Source: Spirochaetia bacterium (GTDB taxonomy: Bacteria; Spirochaetota; Spirochaetia; DSM-2461). From it: a stretch of DNA of 64,000 bases. The stretch is taken from NCBI GenBank assembly GCA_963668315.1, contig OY764216.1:4832001-4896000 (forward strand), given 5' to 3'. Under the pieces are notes generated by a model. The model was not told where the DNA came from and made no database searches. It saw only the letters and a program-made list of their open reading frames with translations. Below, piece after piece: positions 52,029 through 62,784 of this stretch; within the stretch, counting starts at the first letter, position 1; each line of letters begins with the position of its first letter. Made by a program: the position numbers and the translations under genes.

Positions 52029-53324
52029 TTGACATATCTACAACCTGTTTTATCATTAATTATGACTAATAGGGGAAAAAGAAAAGATATCATCAGAAGG
52101 AAAAGCTTTGGAGTCTTTCTTCTCATAATTTGTTTTTTACTGAATATTGTCATTTTCTCCGAGATCAATAACTACTCGAACATTCGAATGCTTTCCAACT
52201 ATCGGACTTTCCTCTATAACATCATTGATAAGACAGCTGAAATACTTTATGAAAAGTACTTCATGAATGAATCCTTATATAGGCGATATCTGAATAATGA
52301 AGAATTGAATCTTGAAAAGATACTAAGTGAGATGCGACAGTTCTCGCCTCTTTTTCTCGATATTGCATTAATCGAAAAACCTATTGCCAATCCGAGGCTT
52401 GATTACTCCATACGCGTGGCAGGAACAGAGTTATTTTTCAATTTCAAGATTTCCAATCAAAATGGATCATTATATGTGGAGGACAGATATATCCAGGTGG
52501 GGTATGACCTGGAAGCGACATTAAGAAATCTTCAGATTCTGGAAGATTTTACTCTGACGACATCATCCAAATCCTACCTCCTTATTTATGGATTGCGCCT
52601 GAAGCCCAAAAAACTTCCCCTATCATTCAATCAGATTCTTCTGAGTTTATTCTTCGGGATCCTCATATTTGTCCTGCACAGGAAGATAAGTAATAAGTTT
52701 CATTCCTACCTCTATAACTCCGAAGGTCTGGAGACAATAATCTTTCTTTTCGAGAAGACCGAGGAGTTTTCGGCCAATCACTCGAGGAATGTGGCTGAAA
52801 TATCCCATTTTCTGGGGAAAAAATACGGATTGAAGAGAAAGAAATTAAAGGACCTGAAAGTCGCGGCATTCCTTCACGATATTGGAAAAATCTCCGTACC
52901 TGTCAATATATTGAATAAGAGCGAAGCCCTGTCGAAAGACGAATTCGGTGAAATCAAAAAGCATGTTATATACTCGGCAGAGATAATTGAACATTTTGAC
53001 AGTCTGAAACATCTGAGAGACATAATATTATACCATCATGAGAAGTTAGATGGTTCGGGGTACCCCGAAGGACTGCGAGAAAACCAGATTCCCCGGGAAA
53101 GCAAGATAATCGCTGTGGCTGATATATTTGAGGCGTTGGTGGGAGAACGTCCGTACAGGTCTCCCCTTGATAAACTGGACGCTCTGGACATCATGAAGAG
53201 GATGCCCCTGGATCATGAGATCCTTTCCATTCTGATATTCAATATAGAAGAGGTCTGCACACTGATCAAACATAAAAAAAAGAATCAGCAATATGAATAC
53301 AAACATATTTTCCGGTATAAATGA
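52029..53324 (+). CDS. Membrane-anchored HD-GYP cyclic-dinucleotide phosphodiesterase
   Basis: Two TM helices, HDIGK, HHEKLDGSGYPEGL; start uncertain. Confidence 0.9.
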   Translation: MTYLQPVLSLIMTNRGKRKDIIRRKSFGVFLLIICFLLNIVIFSEINNYSNIRMLSNYRTFLYNIIDKTAEILYEKYFMNESLYRRYLNNEELNLEKILSEMRQFSPLFLDIALIEKPIANPRLDYSIRVAGTELFFNFKISNQNGSLYVEDRYIQVGYDLEATLRNLQILEDFTLTTSSKSYLLIYGLRLKPKKLPLSFNQILLSLFFGILIFVLHRKISNKFHSYLYNSEGLETIIFLFEKTEEFSANHSRNVAEISHFLGKKYGLKRKKLKDLKVAAFLHDIGKISVPVNILNKSEALSKDEFGEIKKHVIYSAEIIEHFDSLKHLRDIILYHHEKLDGSGYPEGLRENQIPRESKIIAVADIFEALVGERPYRSPLDKLDALDIMKRMPLDHEILSILIFNIEEVCTLIKHKKKNQQYEYKHIFRYK

Positions 53325-53505
53325 TTTTGATGTGTTTTCCCGTTATTGCAAGAGAGACAAACGGTTTCAGATCCCCGGAAAAGTAAAACACCCCGAAATA
53401 ATGACAAGGGGAACCTTTGACATCAATTCGGGAGTACGCCTTTTCATGGCATAAACGTCGCTCCCGTGGACAGACATCGGGAATCAGCCATGTGAGCGAA
53501 CGGTT

Positions 53506-54348
53506 CTATTTTACCGGTATCCAGACTTCGAAGGAGCTCTCTTCATCCATGGTATAATAGACTTCGATTTCCGGTCCCCCAGCATGTTCATAGTTCGTTG
53601 CCGGAAACCATTCATGGAATACCCTCTTCCAGACCTCCTGAATGGCATCGGGCATTCTGCCCTTTCCGGGAAATACCGCCCAGGTATAGGAGTCGATTCT
53701 GTTCAAGGTATCAAGTTTTCCCCGGGGGGTATCACCCTCGATGGCAATCATATACTTGAACTGTTCCGTATCCATATCGAAATCATAGCAGATTCCCATA
53801 AGTCCCATACTTGTGATTCCGGGTACGATTTCGGAGACGGTACCGTCTTCCTCCTTGTCTTTCCAGAACTGCGGAATGATTCTGAAGTTTGCATCATCCC
53901 TTTTTGAGACCTCCGTTGAGACGCCAATGACAGAGAAGGCATCCTTCTTTTCAATTCGGTAATCCATTTTCTCTTCTCCCTTGATAGTGATAATAAGTTT
54001 CAGGGGAGGCGCCGCCTTCAGGATTGATTCTGAGCTTTGAGCCTGCATCGGGGTAATCCCGTGGAATCGTTTAAAAGCCTTGGTAAATGATCCCGCATTT
54101 TCATACCGGTATTTCAATGCGATATCAATTATCTTCTGCTGTCCGGATAGTATTTCCTGGGCGGCAAGAGACAGCCTTCTCTCCCGTATGTACTCGCCGA
54201 GTGTCCTGTCCGTGAGGATGCTGAACACCCGTAAAAAGTGGAATTTCGAGGAGTTGGCCTCTTGGGCTATCCGATCATAACTGAGTTCTTCGGTTATATG
54301 ATCTTCAACATATTCAAGGGCTCTGTTCAAATTCTTAATCCAGTCCAA
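53506..54348 (-). CDS. AraC-family regulator with GyrI-like effector domain
   Basis: YIRERRLSLAA, FTKAFKRFHGITP, EWFP...E.Y..EVWIPV; TTG start after AGGAGG. Confidence 0.92.
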   Translation of the reverse strand: MDWIKNLNRALEYVEDHITEELSYDRIAQEANSSKFHFLRVFSILTDRTLGEYIRERRLSLAAQEILSGQQKIIDIALKYRYENAGSFTKAFKRFHGITPMQAQSSESILKAAPPLKLIITIKGEEKMDYRIEKKDAFSVIGVSTEVSKRDDANFRIIPQFWKDKEEDGTVSEIVPGITSMGLMGICYDFDMDTEQFKYMIAIEGDTPRGKLDTLNRIDSYTWAVFPGKGRMPDAIQEVWKRVFHEWFPATNYEHAGGPEIEVYYTMDEESSFEVWIPVK

Positions 54349-54472
54349 CCTGACCTCCTGATGAAACAATAGGGGAAAAGGATAATCATAGCTTGTCCTG
54401 AATTGCTCGGTTTTGTCTATATGGCTGGATTGCACTTCAAGTGAGAAAACAGACAAAGCCGGAAAATGTCGC

Positions 54473-56080
54473 CTACTCCCCCGATTTCACCTGGAGGGCG
54501 TCAAAACCGTGCTCTCCCGTACGGACGCGTATGACATCGTTGAGGGAATAGATGAAAATCTTACCGTCACCGATATAGCCGGTATAGAGAATCTTTCTTG
54601 CCGTATTCACAACTTCCTCCACGGGGACTTTGGCGATGACAATTTCAATGCGGATTTTGGCCCTCAGCTGCACATCCATGGGGACGCCCCGGTAGAATTC
54701 ATTGTATCCCTTCTGGACGCCGTATCCCGATACGGGAGTGACGGTCATTCCGGTAATCCCGATATCGTTCAAGGCGATTTTGAGATTTTCGAATTTTTCC
54801 TTCCGGGTGATGATCTCTATCTTCGTCAGGACCCCTGAATCGGCCATATCCTGGGGATAGTGGTAGTCCTCTTTCCTGAGGAGGGTATCCTTTCTCCCGT
54901 CATTGGTTTTATCCTGAAAGTAGGCATCGCTGTAATCGGAAGTATGGATATTGTAGGTAAAATCATAATAGGAACTCACCAGACCGTGTTCGCTCAGGTC
55001 CAGTCCTTCCAGCTCGTCCTCGGCAGAGACCCTGATATTCATGATTTTTTTCAGGATTCCCATGAATACGATGATGGCCAGGGAAGACCAGAGCAGAAGC
55101 GCCATCGTGCAGATCAGCAATTTTCCAAAGGTCGCCAGGTCACCGCCGTAAAAAAGTCCGTCCCCGGTGGAAAAAAGTCCCTTCCCGACGATACCGAGCA
55201 GTCCCCCCATGCCGAAAACGGCGGAAGATCCGACGGGGTCATCAATTTTCAGAGATTTATCGGTGTACTCAATAAACAGGATAACGATGAATCCAACAAA
55301 GATTCCCAAAAGAACCGATCCGATGAGGGAAAGATCCCCGCCCCCGGCGGAACCGGCAACCATTCCGGCCAGGAAACCGTTGAGGACCAGAGTGATATCC
55401 GTCTTTTTGTAACGGATCCAGGTGAAGGCGAAGCTTATGATGCCGGAGATGCAGGTGGATATCAGAAGACTCTGGCCATGGGATTCCATGGGGATCCCCG
55501 GTTCACCCCGGTAAGCGGCGGGAATAAGAATAAGCAGAATCCAGCAGAAGAGAATCAACATGGTCCCCTGGGCGCCCAGAGGAATGTTATGCCCGGGAAT
55601 AGCCTTGGAGATTCCCCCCTTGCTGTATTTCCCCAGACGCGGCCCGAGGATTTTCGCCCCGAAGAAGGCCGTGATTCCTCCCATGGTGCTGATCTGGACC
55701 AGCAGAAGGGAGTCGGAGAGGTGAAAGCTGTGAAGAATCTTCAGTCCTATGGGATAGATTACCACGGAGAGGAAAACACACGCTTCGAGATAGACGGAAA
55801 ACTTCATCCTTCCCGCCAGGGCGCCGGAAAAGACGGAAACCACTATGGCGCTCATCAGAGCCTTCTCCATCAGCTCTCCCTCATCATAGGCACTCCCCGC
55901 GAGGAGAAACTTTCCGACGAAGAAAAAGGCGACAATGGATATCCCGAATCCCATGATGCACCGCATTATTACATCTCCGGAATTTTTAGCCCGGGTATAA
56001 CCCGCTTCCATAACGGAGAATCCCGCCACCAGTAATACAATGACCGCCGATTCCAGCAGTAATAATACCGATTGTTCCAT
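54473..56080 (-). CDS. Ammonium-transporter-like domain fused to a C-terminal PII domain
   Basis: EAGYTRAKN, GALAGRMKF, LGPRLGKY, IDDPVG; PII GITGMTV..V.GYG.QKG...YRG, GDGKIF. Confidence 0.9.
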   Translation of the reverse strand: MEQSVLLLLESAVIVLLVAGFSVMEAGYTRAKNSGDVIMRCIMGFGISIVAFFFVGKFLLAGSAYDEGELMEKALMSAIVVSVFSGALAGRMKFSVYLEACVFLSVVIYPIGLKILHSFHLSDSLLLVQISTMGGITAFFGAKILGPRLGKYSKGGISKAIPGHNIPLGAQGTMLILFCWILLILIPAAYRGEPGIPMESHGQSLLISTCISGIISFAFTWIRYKKTDITLVLNGFLAGMVAGSAGGGDLSLIGSVLLGIFVGFIVILFIEYTDKSLKIDDPVGSSAVFGMGGLLGIVGKGLFSTGDGLFYGGDLATFGKLLICTMALLLWSSLAIIVFMGILKKIMNIRVSAEDELEGLDLSEHGLVSSYYDFTYNIHTSDYSDAYFQDKTNDGRKDTLLRKEDYHYPQDMADSGVLTKIEIITRKEKFENLKIALNDIGITGMTVTPVSGYGVQKGYNEFYRGVPMDVQLRAKIRIEIVIAKVPVEEVVNTARKILYTGYIGDGKIFIYSLNDVIRVRTGEHGFDALQVKSGE

Positions 56081-56098
56081 AGCTGTTCCTTCTTCCTT

Positions 56099-57208
56099 CT
56101 ATTTCCTGGGCAGATTGCCCTCTGCCAGGGTTTTTCTGATAATTCTCATGACTTCTAGATTCTGTTCCATGGTGCCGATGGTGATTCGGCTGTACTGGAA
56201 ATTTCCCCGGATAATCAGTCCCTTCTTCTCCAGTTCCGAAGCCAGGGCCGCGGTGTTATATCCCGAGTCGGCATAGAGAAAATTGGTATGGGAAGGATAG
56301 ACCTTCCAGCCCAGCTCCGTGAGATTCTCCGTCAGGTAACGCCGGCCTCTGGCATTTTCCGCCCTGGTTTTCTCAAGGAAATCCTCATCATCGAGGGCGG
56401 CCATGGCCCCGGCGAGAGCCGGTCTTCCCACGACGAATACGGGGGTGGTCTTCTGCAGGACGGAATGGAGTTCCTTGTTCATCAGGGAGTACCCGAGGCG
56501 ATGGCCCGCCATACCGTATATCTTGGAAAATGTCCTGATCACAATCAGGTTTCTGCCCTCGCCGATCTCGGAAACCATGCTCTCCACCGAAGGGTCGGTG
56601 GCATATTCGATATAGGCTTCGTCCACAACGGTGATGACATGGTCGGGCAGTCTTGAGAGAAATTGCCTCAGTTCGCCGCTGTCCACGGCGGTTCCCGTCG
56701 GATTATTGGGATTGCAGACAAACACCATTTTGGTCTTGTCGCTGACCGCGGCCTCCATGGCCGCCAGATCAAAGGTGAGATCGGAAGTCAGGGGAAGAAC
56801 CCGGGGAACGCCGCCGTTCCTTCTGCAGGAAGCCTGGTAGGCCTGAAAGGTCGGTTCACAGAGAACCACCTCGTCGCCCGTATTGATAAAGACTTCCCCC
56901 AGAAGAGCCAGTATGCCGCTGGCCCCGGAAGAGATAATGACATTATCCCCGCTGTCGTCAAAACCAAATTTCCTTCCTATTTTCTTACGCAGCTCCAGGC
57001 AGAAAGGATCGGGATAGATATGGGACTGCTTCTGGGCCTGTATCATAGCCTCCTCCGCCATGGGAGAAACGCCGAACTGGTTCTCGTTGGAGGCCAGTTT
57101 TAAGACCCGGGTCAGATGATACTTCTCCTGCACACTCTCTGCGGTCCGTCCCGGAATATAGGGCGGTATGTTTCTTATGCTCTCTTTGGTTAATAGATCA
57201 ACGTTCAA
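56099..57208 (-). CDS. hisC: Histidinol-phosphate aminotransferase family protein
   Basis: KLASNEN, CNPNNPTG, VDEAY, RTFSKIYGMAG.RLGY. Confidence 0.85.
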   Translation of the reverse strand: MNVDLLTKESIRNIPPYIPGRTAESVQEKYHLTRVLKLASNENQFGVSPMAEEAMIQAQKQSHIYPDPFCLELRKKIGRKFGFDDSGDNVIISSGASGILALLGEVFINTGDEVVLCEPTFQAYQASCRRNGGVPRVLPLTSDLTFDLAAMEAAVSDKTKMVFVCNPNNPTGTAVDSGELRQFLSRLPDHVITVVDEAYIEYATDPSVESMVSEIGEGRNLIVIRTFSKIYGMAGHRLGYSLMNKELHSVLQKTTPVFVVGRPALAGAMAALDDEDFLEKTRAENARGRRYLTENLTELGWKVYPSHTNFLYADSGYNTAALASELEKKGLIIRGNFQYSRITIGTMEQNLEVMRIIRKTLAEGNLPRK

Positions 57209-57232
57209 TGGTTCTTCCCTCTTTTCTGATAA

Positions 57233-58864
57233 TTAATTTACGTCGGCGAACCGGTAATAGGGTTCACCCTTGTCATTGTAGGTGATTCCCGTGATACGGG
57301 GATTGCGCAATCCGATGTATTTCATTGTGGTCATGGGGATGGTATAGAAGTTGTCCCCGATCAGTGTTCTGGATGCGTCGTGCAGATAGGCGTTGCGCTT
57401 AACCGGATCCATCTCGAAGTTGGAAAGTTCAATGGCCTTGTCGTAATCGGGATCATTGACATTTCCGAAGTTCAGGGACGATTCGGAAGTGTAGAGGGAG
57501 AGGTAGTTGATCGGATCGTTGAAATCCGCCGTCCAGCTGAAGCGGAGCAGTTCAAAACTGCCGTCCCTCTTTGTGGCGTTATACACCTGAGATTCCTGGG
57601 CCTGCAGTTCAATGCCGATTCCCAGAGACTCCTTCAGCTGTGCCTGAACAGCCTGAGCCATAAGGGCGTCCTTGTCGCTGCTGGGATAGATATAGGTCAG
57701 AACGGGAAATCCCTTCCCTTCGGGATAACCCGCTTCGGCCAGAAGGGAACGGGCTTTATCCCTGTTCTCCGTGAAAAGGGGATCCCCTTCCCGGGAGTAA
57801 TATTCCGAACCCGCATTGGACATCATGTACTTGGGTACCCAGGAGTAGCTGGCCTCGTAGTTGCTCCCCAGGGCTTTGCAGATGGCATCACGGCTGAGAC
57901 CGAGGGACAGGGCTGCCCGGACACGGGGGTCGTCCAGAGGCTTGACGTCGATATTGGGCAGAATGGCGGTGGTGGTAAGCATGTGCCAGATGGCCAGGTC
58001 CGGCTTACCGGCGTACTTTGTCTCGATATAGTCGGGAAGACCGGCCACATAATCGATCTCACCCGATTCGTAGGCGGCGATACGGGCCTGGGAATCGCTG
58101 ATGAACTTGGTGGTGATTTTCTCGATTTTCACCTTGTCCGCATCGTAATAGTAGGGGTTTTTCTCCACCACATAGTACTGGTCCTGGACATATTCGGTCA
58201 TTCTGTAAGCCCCGTTCCCCAGAGAGGTGGAGGGATCTTTCATCCAGTTGGGATTCTCCGCCGTGGCGACACCCTTTTTCGTGGGGTAGAAGACGGGCAG
58301 GGATATCATTTTGGTAAAGTAGGGGCAGGGCGTCAGAAAACGGAACTGCAGGGTGTAATCGTCAAGGGCGACGACTCCCAGGTCGGCAAGCGGTCCGGTC
58401 CCCTTGTGTACCCCCTGCGCCCCTTCGATATTATAAAGCATTTCCGCATAAATGGAGTAGCTGTTATCGGGATCAAGAGCCCTTTCTATCGTGTTGATGA
58501 AGTCCGCGGCGGTGACGGACGATCCGTCGCTCCATTTTCCCTCTTTCCTGAGGCTGAAGGTCCATGTCAGCTGATCGTCGCTGACGGTATAGGCCGTAGC
58601 CGCCTCCATGACTTCCTCTCCTTTGTCGTTATATGACAAGAGGGGTGCCGAGCAGAGCTTGGAATAGCTGACCCAGGTCTGAATGGCCAGACTGGCCGGA
58701 TCCATGCTTCCGTCCTCCGACGTATCGGCTACGATAATTTCCTTAACTGCCGGCTCGGAAACGGCAGCCGCCTTCTCCCCGGCCTTTTCCTTGGTGCAGG
58801 CAGACAGCAGCAGCACCAGCGCCAGTCCCGTCAACAGGGAACCCTTGGTAATTTTTCTTCTCAT
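57233..58864 (-). CDS. oppA: Peptide ABC substrate-binding lipoprotein
   Basis: Lipobox LSAC, KWSDGS.VTAADF, W.ADF.DP. Confidence 0.88.
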   Translation of the reverse strand: MRRKITKGSLLTGLALVLLLSACTKEKAGEKAAAVSEPAVKEIIVADTSEDGSMDPASLAIQTWVSYSKLCSAPLLSYNDKGEEVMEAATAYTVSDDQLTWTFSLRKEGKWSDGSSVTAADFINTIERALDPDNSYSIYAEMLYNIEGAQGVHKGTGPLADLGVVALDDYTLQFRFLTPCPYFTKMISLPVFYPTKKGVATAENPNWMKDPSTSLGNGAYRMTEYVQDQYYVVEKNPYYYDADKVKIEKITTKFISDSQARIAAYESGEIDYVAGLPDYIETKYAGKPDLAIWHMLTTTAILPNIDVKPLDDPRVRAALSLGLSRDAICKALGSNYEASYSWVPKYMMSNAGSEYYSREGDPLFTENRDKARSLLAEAGYPEGKGFPVLTYIYPSSDKDALMAQAVQAQLKESLGIGIELQAQESQVYNATKRDGSFELLRFSWTADFNDPINYLSLYTSESSLNFGNVNDPDYDKAIELSNFEMDPVKRNAYLHDASRTLIGDNFYTIPMTTMKYIGLRNPRITGITYNDKGEPYYRFADVN

Positions 58865-58916
58865 TTTTCCTTTCCTCCTATAGCAAATAGAATCATATAT
58901 ATTCTAATTACATAGA

Positions 58917-59894
58917 TTACAAATAGTTATAACACGAGACCCGTCTCGTTCCCTCAATGGCCACCGCGGGGGGCATCAGTTTACATTCGATCCGGCAGTC
59001 GGGACATCTGCTGGAAAAGGGACAGCCCCTGGGCACATTGATGGGGCTGGGGATCTCCCCTTCGAGCTTGATCCTCTTCTTGCTTCGGGCCTTGCGGGGA
59101 TCGGCGATGGGGGCGGCCGACATCAGAGCCTTCGTATAGGGGTGAAGCGGGTTATTGTACACTTCGTCGGCATCGCCGAATTCGACAAGCCTCCCCAGAT
59201 ACATGACGCCGATCTTGTCGCTGATGTGCCTGACCATGGTCAGATCGTGGGCGATGAAAAGATAGGAGATCGCCCTCTCCTCCTGCACTTTCTTCAGCAG
59301 GTTGAGGATCTGAGCCTGGATGGATACGTCCAGGGCCGAGATCGGTTCGTCGCAGATAATAAAGTCCGGATCCAGGGCCAGGGTGCGGGCTATGCCGATT
59401 CTCTGCCGCTGTCCTCCGGAAAACTCGAAGGGGTAGCGGTTGATGTGGTCGGGCTTCAGGCCGACCTGATCGAGCAGTGTCTTCACCACTTCCCTTCTCT
59501 CCCGGGCCGTGTACATGGAGTGGATTTCCATGGGCTCGGAAATGATCTCCTCCACCGTATCCCGGGGATCGAGACTGGAGTAGGGATCCTGGAAGATCAT
59601 CTGCATCTTTTTCCTGACCGGATACATTTTTCTGTTACTCAGGTGGGCGATGTCCTCGCCCTTATAGAGAATGGCCCCGTCGTCCGGTTCGTAGATTCTC
59701 ATGAGAGTTCTGGCCAGGGTGCTCTTCCCGCATCCGCTCTCCCCCACTAGCCCCACGGTCTCACCGGGCATGACGTCCAGACTCAGATCGTCCACAGCCT
59801 TGACATAGGAATTCACCTGTAACAGATTCTTCTTCACCAGAAAGTACTTCTTCAGATGCCTGACGCTCAGAACCGGATCCGCCGTGCTGCTCAT
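58917..59894 (-). CDS. oppF: Peptide ABC ATPase
   Basis: GESGCGKS, FSGGQRQRI, DEPISALD. Confidence 0.9.
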   Translation of the reverse strand: MSSTADPVLSVRHLKKYFLVKKNLLQVNSYVKAVDDLSLDVMPGETVGLVGESGCGKSTLARTLMRIYEPDDGAILYKGEDIAHLSNRKMYPVRKKMQMIFQDPYSSLDPRDTVEEIISEPMEIHSMYTARERREVVKTLLDQVGLKPDHINRYPFEFSGGQRQRIGIARTLALDPDFIICDEPISALDVSIQAQILNLLKKVQEERAISYLFIAHDLTMVRHISDKIGVMYLGRLVEFGDADEVYNNPLHPYTKALMSAAPIADPRKARSKKRIKLEGEIPSPINVPRGCPFSSRCPDCRIECKLMPPAVAIEGTRRVSCYNYL

Positions 59895-60934
59895 CGGGAT
59901 ACCTCCTCATTCTGCTTCGCCACAATCTCATCGGCCCTTTCCCGGCAGTACTCCCAGCATTTGGCCAGACGGGAATCGGGAAAAACGGTGCTCTCCGGGG
60001 CGTAATCCCGGCAGATATTCATGGCTTTCCCGCAGCGGGGCATAAAGGCGCATCCCCCTTTCAGCTTCAGAAGATCGGGGGGGGTACCGGGAATGGAAGC
60101 CAGATAGCGGCGTCCTTCGCTCTCCCGGGGGGCGATGCTTTCGAGTAGACCGGAGGTATAGGGATGGTGGGGATCGTAGAAAATCTCATCGGTCCGTCCG
60201 CTCTCGACGATTTCCCCGGCGTACATGATGTGAACCCGGTCGCAGATCTCCGCCACAACACCCATGTCGTGGGTGATCATGATGATCGATGTCCGGTTCT
60301 TTTCGGTTATCTCCCTGAGCAGGTCAAGGATCTGCGCCTGAACCGTCACGTCCAGGGCCGTGGTCGGCTCATCGGCTATGATGAGCTTGGGATCGCAGGA
60401 GAGGGCTATGGCGATGATAATGCGCTGTCTCATGCCTCCGGAGAACTCAAAGGGGTACTGGTGGTAGCGCTGTTCCGCATGGGGAATGCCCACCCGGTTC
60501 ATCAGATCGACGGCCCTCTCCTTCGCCTCTTTTCGGGAGCATTTCTTATGCTTGATGATTCCTTCGGTGATCTGCCGCCCGATCCGCAGGAGGGGGTTGA
60601 GATAGCTCATGGGGTCCTGGAAAATCATGCTGACCTGATCTCCCCTGATCCGGGAAATCGCCCTGCCGTACTCCCTCTCGCTTCCCCGGAAACTTTCCGC
60701 CATGGGGGAGATATCCCGCCCGTCCAGAAGGATTTCTCCCTCCGTGATCCGGCCGTTCGATGCCAGGAGCCCCAGCATGGCCATCATGGAGACGCTTTTG
60801 CCCGAACCGGACTCGCCCACAATGCCGAGAATCTCCCCCGGCTCCAGGGCGTAGCTGAGATTTCTCACCGCCTTGACGATTCCGTTCTTTGTCTTGAATT
60901 CGACCGAAAGGTTCCTTACTTCCAACAATGCCAT
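59891..60934 (-). CDS. oppD: Peptide ABC ATPase
   Basis: GESGSGKS, FSGGMRQR, DEPTTALD. Confidence 0.9.
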   Translation of the reverse strand: MALLEVRNLSVEFKTKNGIVKAVRNLSYALEPGEILGIVGESGSGKSVSMMAMLGLLASNGRITEGEILLDGRDISPMAESFRGSEREYGRAISRIRGDQVSMIFQDPMSYLNPLLRIGRQITEGIIKHKKCSRKEAKERAVDLMNRVGIPHAEQRYHQYPFEFSGGMRQRIIIAIALSCDPKLIIADEPTTALDVTVQAQILDLLREITEKNRTSIIMITHDMGVVAEICDRVHIMYAGEIVESGRTDEIFYDPHHPYTSGLLESIAPRESEGRRYLASIPGTPPDLLKLKGGCAFMPRCGKAMNICRDYAPESTVFPDSRLAKCWEYCRERADEIVAKQNEEVSR

Positions 60935-60938
60935 GGTT

Positions 60939-61853
60939 CTACCTCTTCCCCCGGGGATTGAGCGCCTCGTTTAGTCCCTCGCCGATAAAGTTCAATGAAA
61001 AGATGATCACCGACAGCATCACAATGGGAAATATCATCTGATAGGGATAGACTTCCAGATACATGCGGGACGACTGGGCGAGGGTTCCCAGGCTGGCGTC
61101 GGGAGCGGAAATCCCTATGCCGATGAAGCTGAGGAAGGCTTCCATGAAGATGGCCTGGGGAATCATCAGGGTCGCTTTGACGATAATCGGCCCCATGGCG
61201 TTTTTCATAAGGTGGCGGAAAAGGATTCTCGTGGATGAGGCCCCCTGGATATAGGCGGCCAGGGAGAAATCCTGCTCTTTCAGGGAAATGACCTGGGCCC
61301 TCATGATCCGGGCGATATCGATCCAGCCGGATATACAGATGCCGATCATGATGCTCTTCACGTTGGCCCCCAGAATCAGCATGAGCAGAATGATATACAA
61401 AAGGACGGGGATGGCGTAGATAATATCCACCACGCGCATCATCAGCATATCCAGCCTTCCGCCGGCGTAACCGGAAAACCCTCCGTAAACCACGCCCAGG
61501 ATCACGTTGACCGCCGTGGTGACAAATCCGATGAGCAGGCTGATGCGGATGCCGTAGAAGACCCGGGTCAGAAGATCCCGCCCGAGCTGATCCGTTCCGA
61601 ACCAGTGGTCCAGCCGGGGGGGCTGATTGCCGATATCGCTGTTCATCCCGTCATAGGAATAGGGGGAGACCAGCGGGCCCAGAACGGCGGCGAGGATTAT
61701 CACGGTCAGGATGACGAAACCGGTCAGGGCCCTTTTATTCCCCTTGAACCGCTCCCATACGTCCCGTGCGAAGCGTTTGCTTTCGACGGCGGTCTCCCGG
61801 TTCTGCTGTTCCGAAGGATCAATCGGCTTAAAGTAATCTTCCCTGGCAAGCAT
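60939..61853 (-). CDS. oppC: Peptide ABC permease
   Basis: HWFGTDQLGRD, EAFLSFIGIG. Confidence 0.9.
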   Translation of the reverse strand: MLAREDYFKPIDPSEQQNRETAVESKRFARDVWERFKGNKRALTGFVILTVIILAAVLGPLVSPYSYDGMNSDIGNQPPRLDHWFGTDQLGRDLLTRVFYGIRISLLIGFVTTAVNVILGVVYGGFSGYAGGRLDMLMMRVVDIIYAIPVLLYIILLMLILGANVKSIMIGICISGWIDIARIMRAQVISLKEQDFSLAAYIQGASSTRILFRHLMKNAMGPIIVKATLMIPQAIFMEAFLSFIGIGISAPDASLGTLAQSSRMYLEVYPYQMIFPIVMLSVIIFSLNFIGEGLNEALNPRGKR

Positions 61854-61863
61854 CGCAAATCTC

Positions 61864-62784
61864 CTATTTATTGTCCAGTTTGATCCGGGGATCGACCAGC
61901 GCGCAGATGATATCGCTCAGCAGATTGAACAGGATGATGATCATTCCCACAAATACGGTGAGCCCCATGATGACGGTATAGTCCCTGTTGTTTATGCTGT
62001 TGATGAATTCTCTCCCGATTCCGGAGATGGTGAATATATTCTCCACCACGAAGCTGCCCGTTACCAGAAAGGCCATCATGGGGCCCGCGACGGTGATCAC
62101 CGGGAGCATGGCGTTCTTGAGGACATGCCTGACAAGAACGGCGAGAGTGGAGATGCCCTTGGCCCGCGCCATGGTCACATAATCCTGGTTCATGGCTTCG
62201 GCAAAGCTGGAGTGGACGAGGCGGGATATTTCCGAGATGGGGTAAACCGCCAGGGATACCACGGGAAGGATATAGTGGAGCGGGGTGGAGAGTCCCAGCA
62301 CGGGGAGCCATTTCAGAATAACCCCGAAGAGCATCATCAGGAGTATGGCGAATACGAAGTTGGGAATGCTGACACCCAGTGTGGAGAAGGTGAGAAGAAG
62401 CCCCCGGATTTTCTCGCTTTTGGTAACGGCCATCATGATTCCGATAACGATGCCCACCGCCATGGCCAGAGCGAAGGCGAGAAGTCCCAGTCGGAGGGTC
62501 ACGGGAAAACTGGAGGCGATAATATCATTGACGCTCACTCCGGTTTTTTTAAAGGAAACGCCCATATCCCCCCTCAGAAGCTGCTTCATATAGAGGATAT
62601 ACTGTTCATCAAGAGGCTGATCCAATCCGTAATGGCTCTCCAGCGTCTTTAGCATGGAGGGCGTGATATTCGCCGTATCGAAGGGGCTTCCGGGAATCAG
62701 CCTTGTCAGGAAGAAAGTCAGCGTCACCAGACAGAAGAGGGTGAACGCCCCCAAAATCAGTCTCTTAAGGATATACTTCACCAT
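61864..62784 (-). CDS. oppB: Peptide ABC permease
   Basis: YGLDQPL, DYVTMARAKG, VDPRI. Confidence 0.9.
   Translation of the reverse strand: MVKYILKRLILGAFTLFCLVTLTFFLTRLIPGSPFDTANITPSMLKTLESHYGLDQPLDEQYILYMKQLLRGDMGVSFKKTGVSVNDIIASSFPVTLRLGLLAFALAMAVGIVIGIMMAVTKSEKIRGLLLTFSTLGVSIPNFVFAILLMMLFGVILKWLPVLGLSTPLHYILPVVSLAVYPISEISRLVHSSFAEAMNQDYVTMARAKGISTLAVLVRHVLKNAMLPVITVAGPMMAFLVTGSFVVENIFTISGIGREFINSINNRDYTVIMGLTVFVGMIIILFNLLSDIICALVDPRIKLDNK

Noticed and set aside
53457..53470. GTCGCTCCCGTGGA resembling a collapsed CRISPR repeat
   Set aside because: Short, isolated, no spacer structure; compatible with chance.
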